From contig OX597828.1 in assembly GCA_951406725.2 (NCBI GenBank), positions 11,222,001-11,286,000 on the forward strand: a stretch of 64,000 nt of DNA, written 5' to 3'. Positions within the stretch are counted from its first letter, which is position 1. Each line of letters starts with the position of its first letter. This document shows, piece by piece, positions 55,756 through 64,000 of this stretch. Origin of the DNA: Octopus vulgaris (Eukaryota). The position numbers and the translations under genes are program-made. Under the pieces are notes generated by a model. The model was not told where the DNA came from. It searched no databases and was given only the letters and a program-made list of their open reading frames with translations.

Positions 55756-56672
55756 ATTTCTTTTCTACTCTAGGCACAAGGCCCGAAATGTTTGGGGAGG
55801 GCGGGGGGGGCAATCGATTAGATCGGCCCCTGTACGCAAAGTCGACCTCGGCGGAATTTAAACTTAGAACATAAAAACAGATGAAATACCTATTTCTTTA
55901 CTACCCACAACGGGCTAAACACAGAGAGGACAAACAAGGTCAGACAAAGGGATTAAGTCGATTATATCGACCCCAGTGCGTAACTGGTACTTATTTAATC
56001 GACCCCGAAAGGATGAAAAGCAAAGTCGACCTCGGCGGAATTTGAACTCAGAACGTAACGGCAGACGAAATACTTATTTCTTTACTACCCACAAGGGGCT
56101 AAACGCAGAGAGGAGAAACAAGGACAGACAAACGGGTTAAATCGATTATATCGACCCCTGTAACTGGTACTTATTTAATATACCTCGAAAGGATGAAAAG
56201 CAAAGTCGACCTCGGCGAAATTTGAACTCAGAACATAGCGGCACACGAAATACCTATTTCTTTATTACCCACAAGGGGCTAAACACAGAGAGGACAAACA
56301 AGGACTAACAAACGGATTAAGTCGATTACATCAACCACCAGTGCGTAACTGGTACTTATTTTATCGACCCCGAAAGGATGAAAGGCAAAGTCGACCTCGG
56401 CGGAATTTGAACTCAGAACATAGCGGCACACGAAATACCTATTTCTTTATTACCCACAAGGGGCTAAACACAGAGAGGACAAACAAGGACAGACAAACGG
56501 ATTAAGTCGATTACGTCAACCCCAGTGCGTAACTGGTACTTATTTTATCGACCCCGAAAGGACGAAAGGCAAAGTCGACCTCGGCGGAATTTGAACTCAG
56601 AACGTAGCGGCAGACGAAATACTGCTAAGCATTTCGCCCGGCGTGCTAACGTTTCTGCCAGCTCGCCGCCTT
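55756..56672 (-). mobile_element. Family A SINE concatemer (one head, four ~184-bp bodies and a deleted terminal unit) inside an old family B copy
   Basis: GAAATAC recurs at 55883, 56067, 56247, 56432 and 56616. GAAACCATGTATTT flanks both ends (55746 and 56676). Confidence 0.93.
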
Positions 56673-57842
56673 CAGAAACCATGTATTTGCGAAGCGAGCT
56701 TCTTAACCACGCAGCAATAGTATCCATAAGGCTGAAGTTTAACCTGATTTCCAAGGTGTATAAGTGACTGAGATTACAGCATTCCCCACTCCAAAGGACG
56801 CCGGTCCATCGCAGGATTAACTTCCCAGGTATTATTAGAACTCATAGACAGCTAAATAGACTGGAGCAAAGAGAAACGAAGTATTTTGCTCACGATTATA
56901 TCGAACTTCCCGGTCCTAGAATCGAGTCCACGATTTTATGATTACGCGTGCAGTTTCCTGCCCAACAGATCAAACGCTCTCCGGCATAAAAAGAAGATTC
57001 GAAAACAACAAAGAAAGAACTCTTCGAAGGCTCATAACAGACCTAAGTCTTAAGTCCCACCTAAGTCAAATTTGTCAAAATTTGCAGACATTACTAAATG
57101 ATCACTTTTTCTATTGTTCCTTTCTGGGCGCAGAACATTACAAAATCTTTAGGGTCTTATATTCTGAAACTGCATTGTTTTTATTTATTTTCTTCCGGGG
57201 TAAAACAATTTCTGCCTGATAGAATAACTACCAGGTTTTTAAAACTGTAATACTGGGTTCGATTCATTCGACTGATATTCTCATCGTGGAGCCCCAGCAT
57301 GGCTGCAGTCAATTGACTGAAGCAAGTAAAAGATACAAGATGAAAGATAAATGATAAAAGATACGTCGTCAGCGTGGTTTCCCGGGATCACTGGTTGTTT
57401 CGGAACTTACAACATACATCCTTACCCAAGTAATGAGGCCTAGGTTGATCAAACCAAGGTGTGTATTCAAGCAGCCTTCTACTAACCCTACCGATCATCT
57501 ATAGAAAACAAAATAGATTTTTGTGGTAACATATTTGTTTCCATAACAAGAAAGTTCATGTGTCCCCGATAAAAATGTTTTGATGTCAAAATGTAGGAGT
57601 CACTGCTGTAAAAGCAGTGATGGTAATTTACCGTTTCCAACTTCCTGTTGCATTTAACTCTGTCATCTACAACATACCCCGTTATCAATCATACATTTCC
57701 TTGCTTTAATTTATCATGCTTGTTTGTTTATTGTTCTTCTTCCTCTTCTTTACTGTCACGTCCGCCACAACTACTGCCACGACCATCAAAATTAACCAAA
57801 ACCACCACCATTATCTTTATCCTCTATCTCTGCCTCTCTCTT

Positions 57843-57918
<76 letters not shown>

Positions 57919-58095
57919 TATCTCTCTCTCTCTATATATATATATATATTTGTATGCATATATATATATAAAGATAGATACATACATACATACGTACGTA
58001 CGTACATCTATGCATACATACACACATACACACATACATGCATACGTACGTGATTCCATGCATACATACATGCATACCCACACACACACACACAG

Positions 58096-58147
<52 letters not shown>

Positions 58148-58340
58148 AGAGAGAGAGAGAGAGAGAGAGAGTTACATGTTCATATGTGTGTATATATGTA
58201 TGTATGCATATATATTATATATGTGTCTATGTATATATGCATGCATTCATGCATGTATGTACGTATGTATAAACTCACACATAAGAACAGATATGCCTCT
58301 TTTGCCTTCTTTTTCCTTCTCTCGCTCAAATTCTCCCCCC

Positions 58341-58376
<36 letters not shown>

Positions 58377-58927
58377 TTCTCACACTCTTCACTCCCTCTC
58401 GCTACTTCTCCAACCAAAATTAGAGCAAAGCAATGGATGCCACGCAGAATGTACCTTACGGTTTGTTTTGTCTGATGCCACACACTATATATATACATCG
58501 CTACGAAGATACTATCTGTATATATCATTACAAAACAGACGGAGGGTAAATAAGTAAGCATTTCTCACAAGCCTTGCATAAGCTGCTATTTTAACGTGCA
58601 ACAACGCCATTTGTCGACCTCCTACCATTTTCCTACTCCCACTCCGACTCCAACTCCGTCTCCGTATGTATTCCACCCGCTCTTCTTTCCCCTCGTTAGC
58701 TTACGTCTGCCTCTTTCTTCTAATAAGTATTAGCCTTGCCTCTCTCACTCTTTATTTGCTCAGTGTCTCTCTTTCGTCTTCTTCTGCTTCTCGGAAATGA
58801 TTTAATGAATATTGTTTGAAAAGTGCGAAAGGCCTCGTTAAATCACCAACATCAGTTTCCGAAACGTCTCACCAGATAGACTGTGTGAGGTCATCTAAAT
58901 ACAAAATATTACACATTAATACTCAAA

Positions 58928-58960
<33 letters not shown>

Positions 58961-59302
58961 CACACACGCACACGTGCGAGTACGCACATATATTTGCAAA
59001 CAAACAGCCGAAATTAATACACCCACACATGCGCATACGTACGTATCCATACTCCTAGACACAAGTGAGTGCAAATATTCACGCACACACATATACACAG
59101 ACACAAGGCTACACACACAAACATGTACAGACTCAAGCACACAAAGCTCTGTCAGTCTCTCTCTCTCTCTCTTTCTTTCTCTCATACATAAATACACACA
59201 CACACACACACACTCACGCATACGCATGCACACTCAGATATATGCAAATACATACATGTCCGTATACGTTAACAAATGAATGTACACATATACATACTGA
59301 AC

Positions 59303-59349
<47 letters not shown>

Positions 59350-60098
59350 GGGCATACATATACCCATAAAACCACATGTCAAAACATATACACACGTACA
59401 CACAAGCACCCACGTACTACGCACATACAGACAGAAAAGGGCGCACACATATTTACACAGAAATACACACATAGACGTATATTACACATACTAAGGAATG
59501 TTTAAACAATGACACACAAATAGGGGAACACACAAACACACATTCAAACACACAGTGATTCCAACGAACATACGATTTTAATATTCCTGACATGTTGGTT
59601 TAAAATTCTTGTCATCGTATTTTATAGCAACCGAATCCGAACAGATAAATTTCATGTGACTTGCCCTGGCTGGCAGTAAATCTTCCAGTACTTGTTCTCA
59701 GAGCTGGTTCGCTGCCTGCGTTTAGAGCAACTTGCCCAACCCACTACAACTTATGCACTGAATTATACGGTTTGCATTCATATATTTAGTCATTCATTCA
59801 TTTCCCCAGTTCTTATAGATTCGTTGTATTTGTTTTGAGGGGAGGGTGTTAGTTGATACCTTCGACCCCAGTACTTCGGCGGTGCATTTCTTTAACAAAT
59901 CCAGAAGAATGAAGGCAAAGTAGACCTCGACTGGATTTTAACCTTGAGCATAAAGAAACCAAAACAAATACCGCAGGGCAGTCTGTCAGAAGCTCTAGCG
60001 ATTTTGTCAATTTACCGTCGTTAGATGAAATAAGTTTGAATATTACACTTTTAATGACTTTAACTATAGAGTGAAAGCAAAGACAAAATGAATATTTA

Positions 60099-60482
60099 AT
60101 TCTTTATTGCCCACAAGGGGCTAAACATAGAGGGGACAAATAAAAACAGACAGATGGATTAAGTCGATTACATCGACCCCAGTGCGTAACTGGTACTTAT
60201 TTAATCGCCCCCGAAAGGATGAAAGGCAAAGTTGACCTCGATGGAAATTGAACTCAGAAGATAGCGACAGAGGAAATACCAATTTCTTTACTACCCACAA
60301 GGGGCTAAACACAGAGGGGACAAACAAGGACAGACAAACGGATTAAGTCGATTACATTGACCCCAGTAACTGGTACTTATTTAATCGACCTCGGCGGAAT
60401 TTGAACTCAGAACGTAGCGGCAGACGAAATACCGCTAAGAATTTCGCCCGGTGTGCTAACGTTTCTGCCAGTTCGCCGCCTT
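60099..60482 (-). mobile_element. Family A SINE dimer
   Basis: Junction GAAATACC|AATTTC at 60280/60281. Confidence 0.9.
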
Positions 60483-60772
60483 AATATGCGTTTCTCCATA
60501 AACACTATAGCTTTGATAATATATTAGCAGAAACCGTTGGAATTCCATGTTTCATGAATGTACTTCTTTAAATTTTGATTCATAATTTTATACGATTTCA
60601 TAATATTGCCGAATGATCATAAAAATTTCCGCTGTGTTTTCGATGTTGTACTGTTGTCAACATCATTAAAAGTGTAGCTGTTGATCTAGTTTCCTTATAG
60701 CTCTCTCTTTGCTACAGGCACAAGGCCTGAAATTTTTCAGGGTGGCGGCTAGTCGATTACAGCGACTCCAGT

Positions 60773-61074
60773 TTATTTGTCCTTCTCGAGCGATGCCTGG
60801 CTCGTAAGGGCCGGTTTCCCAGTTTCCTTGGCGTATAGGTTCCCCACCTGGACGGGATGCCGGTCCGTCGCAGGTGAGCTGCAAGATGCAGGAGGAAAGA
60901 GTGAGAGAAAGTTGTGGCGAAAGAGTCAGCAGAAGTTCGCCATTACCTTCTGCGGAGCCGCGTGGAGCTTAGGTGTTTCGCTCATAAACACACACATCGC
61001 CCGGTCTGAGATTCGAACCCGCGATCCCTCGACCGCGAGTCCGCTGCTCTAACCACTTGGCCATGTGCTTCCAC
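60773..61074 (-). mobile_element. SINE family C, head X + tail P, nested in an old family A copy
   Basis: Nearly identical to the 52393 copy. TSD CGACTCCAGT on both sides. Confidence 0.92.
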
Positions 61075-61940
61075 AACGACTCCAGTACTCAACTGGTACT
61101 TATTTTGTCGACCCTGAAGGATGAAAGGTAAAGTCGACCCCTGCTGAATAATGAACTCAAACCATGAAGCTGGAAGGCATCCTGCTATAAATGTCTCCCG
61201 ACACTCAGACAATTCAGTTAACTCACAGCCTTCTTGTTCGTTTGCTTTTCATATGAAAATTTTCAAGGGCAGAAGATCATCAAGCAAGTTGCATGGTGAT
61301 ATTTGTTCTGGCTCTTTACGTTCCGAGTTCAAACCCTGCTGCAGTCAAATTTGCTTTGTCAGTGCCTTTAGGTAGTCGTCCAGATTACTCCTTCCGCGAA
61401 AATTGCTGTCTTTGTTCCTAAATCAGAAAACATTAGAGTAAATATTTCGATTTTTGCTGCGTGACTAACGTTAACAAAACTGCAGTAGACAGACTCATGA
61501 CGTGAGAAGCAAAATGATAGTAATGTAGATGCTGTTACGAGGTAGTAACCAAGTATCTATGCGATTACTTAACCTTCTAAAAATAGCAGCCAAATATTCC
61601 TCGAGTAACAAACTACCATCTGTAAAAGAAAAACATTATATGATGTTGTCCTAGACATACTTAAGTCTGATTAAAATCAAAGATGGTCAAAGTTAGAATG
61701 CCTTTGATCATAGGCTTCTTTAATTAGAGCTTTCGGCTGGTAGCACTTGCATGTACAATAGGTTTGCAAAACAACATGTATGTGTGTGTGTGTTTGTGTA
61801 TGTATATATATATATATATATATATACATACATACACAAACATAAATAAATATATATTCTTTATTCTTTTACTAGTTTGAGCCAGAGGCTGGGGTCATAC
61901 TGCAGCATTGCCTTTCTATATAAGAGAGAGATACATATAA

Positions 61941-62184
<244 letters not shown>

Positions 62185-62189
62185 ACTGT

Positions 62190-62486
62190 TTCATTGTATG
62201 AAGCAGACTATCGGATGTAGTTATTCACCGCTATTCACAATGCACTTCCTCGCATTGTTGTAGCATCCGATTGATGCCACCTCGCTGGCTAAGCGCACAA
62301 ACCACCACTCTCCTTAAATGGTTCGCTTTTCCGTTGCAGAGTTACCAATTTACTGCTGAGCGGGCTGGAGTGAAATGAAATAAAATATTTTACTCAAGAA
62401 CACAACACAAAGAGGGTTTCGTGGGGTGGATGCAACTATCTTGCGAATGTGAATGCAGCATCGTAACCATTAGGCCAAGCACCTTC
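62190..62486 (-). mobile_element. SINE family C, head Y + tail Q, diverged
   Basis: The minus strand shows GTTGTGTTCTTGAGTAAAA...CTCCAG, then GCTTAGCCAGCGAGGTGG...CATTGTGA...CATCCGATAG. Confidence 0.65.
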
Positions 62487-62803
62487 ACACACGCACGCAC
62501 ACGCACACATGTCTGTCTGTATTTATATATGTATAAATACTCGTACATACATACATACATACATACATGCATACATACGTACATACGTACGTACATACAT
62601 ACATACATACATACATACATACATACATACGTACATACATACATACATGTAATTATTGGGGCCCTGCCTAAATACTAATCTTGAGAAATTGGGTTTCTCA
62701 AAACCAGAATGGAGAAAGCTGATTCGAAGACTATAGATCCAAACCATCACTGGAACTGTAAAACTGTAAAACTTTCCAGAAGTTTATCATTTAAATATAT
62801 ATA

Positions 62804-62938
62804 TATTTCTTTACTGCCCAGAAGGGGCTAAACATAGAGGAGACAAACAAGGACAGACGAAGGGATTGAGTCGATTATATCGCCTCCAGTGCGAAACTGG
62901 TGCTTTATTTATCGACCCCAAAAGGATGAAAGGCAAAG
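62804..62938 (-). mobile_element. 5'-truncated family A SINE with a 13-bp TSD
   Basis: TSD TTAAATATATATA at 62791-62803 and 62939-62951. Confidence 0.85.
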
Positions 62939-63187
62939 TTAAATATATATAAGCATGTCTCGACATGCAACTACATGCATGAGAATACATACATAAAACA
63001 AAACGCCCAAATATGCACATGAATTGACGCCAAATACTGCACATAAATGTCAAAATGTATATACACGTAAATGTCAAAATACCTTGTTGATGTATTTAAA
63101 ATTCCAATGAAGGAACCTTGTGTTTAGTTAGAAACTGGCCCATTTTGTATTGGAAAAAAATCTTGAAATAAAACTGAATAATGACTT

Positions 63188-63586
63188 AGGCGCAGGAGTG
63201 GCTGTGTGGTAAGTAGCTTGCTTACCAGCTACATGGTTCCGGGTTCAGCCCAACTGCGTGGCACTTTGGGCAAGTATCTTCTACTATAGCCTCGGGCCAC
63301 CAAAGCCTTGTGAGTGGATTTGGTAGACGGAAACTGAAGGAAGCCCGTCGTATATATATGTATACATATATATGTGTGTATGAGTTTGTGTGTCTGTGTT
63401 TGCCTCACCCCCAACATCACGTGACAACCGATGATGGTGTGTTTACGTCTCCGTAACTTAGCGGTTCGGCAAAAGAGGCCGATAGAATAAGTTCTAGGCT
63501 TACAAAGAATATGTCCTAGGGGCGATTAGCTCGACTAAAGGCGGTGCTCCAGCATGGCCGCAGTCAAATGACTGAAACAAAAGAGT
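63188..63586 (+). mobile_element. SINE family B, full length
   Basis: Runs from GGCGCAGGAGTGGCTGTGTGG to GACTGAAACAAAAGAG. Confidence 0.92.
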
Positions 63587-64000
63587 ATACATACATACAT
63601 ACATACTAGGCTTCTCAAAACCGGAAAGGAGAACGCTAATTCGAATACTGCAGATACAATCCATCACTGGAACTGTAAAAATCTGAAAAAATATCCAGAA
63701 ATTTAGTATTTAGATATATATGACAATGTCTAGATATGCAACTATATGCATGAGAATACAGGCATGAAACAAAACATACAAATCTGCACATATGCATACA
63801 TACATACATACATACATACAAAAATACCTTGTTACTGATGTTGAAATTCCAATAAAGGAATCTTAGATCTAGGTTAGAAACCGAATCTTTCTCTATTGAG
63901 AAAACTGAACAATGATATATATACACACATACACACATACAAGCATACATACATGCATGCATGCATACATGCATGCATGCATGCATACATGCATGCATGC

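Noticed and set aside
55756-56672. Hammerhead ribozyme within the family A tandem unit
   Set aside because: I found no CUGANGA core on either strand, so these arrays are not classical retrozymes. Other ribozyme classes could not be excluded by eye.

Overview
This is AT-rich, repeat-dominated animal genomic DNA with no protein-coding host gene that I can call with confidence. The tRNA-derived SINE families and the extreme (TA)n/(TG)n/(TATG)n/(TTA)n/(GAA)n density suggest an Octopus intron or intergenic region; the taxon is an inference. Recognisable content: dozens of SINE copies in three groups (my labels A, B and C), a full-length degenerate mariner (50459-51739), an internally deleted mariner (21327-21892), DD37D/maT remnants, an RTE LINE 3' end, a probable Penelope-like RT remnant, and several satellites. 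Most ORFs in the supplied track are microsatellite artefacts. Two observations stand out. (1) A non-coding element at about 10222-11013 has two ~298-bp direct repeats, each carrying an intact type I hammerhead ribozyme with an unusually long, branched stem II. Self-cleavage would release a 492-nt RNA, as in retrozymes or non-autonomous Penelope-like elements. Further hammerhead motifs of similar design occur in otherwise dissimilar repeats nearby. (2) Family A SINEs form head-to-tail concatemers whose tail-to-head junctions recur at the same nucleotide at independent loci, and one array sits inside a single target-site duplication. All structures were read by eye and none has been tested computationally or experimentally.
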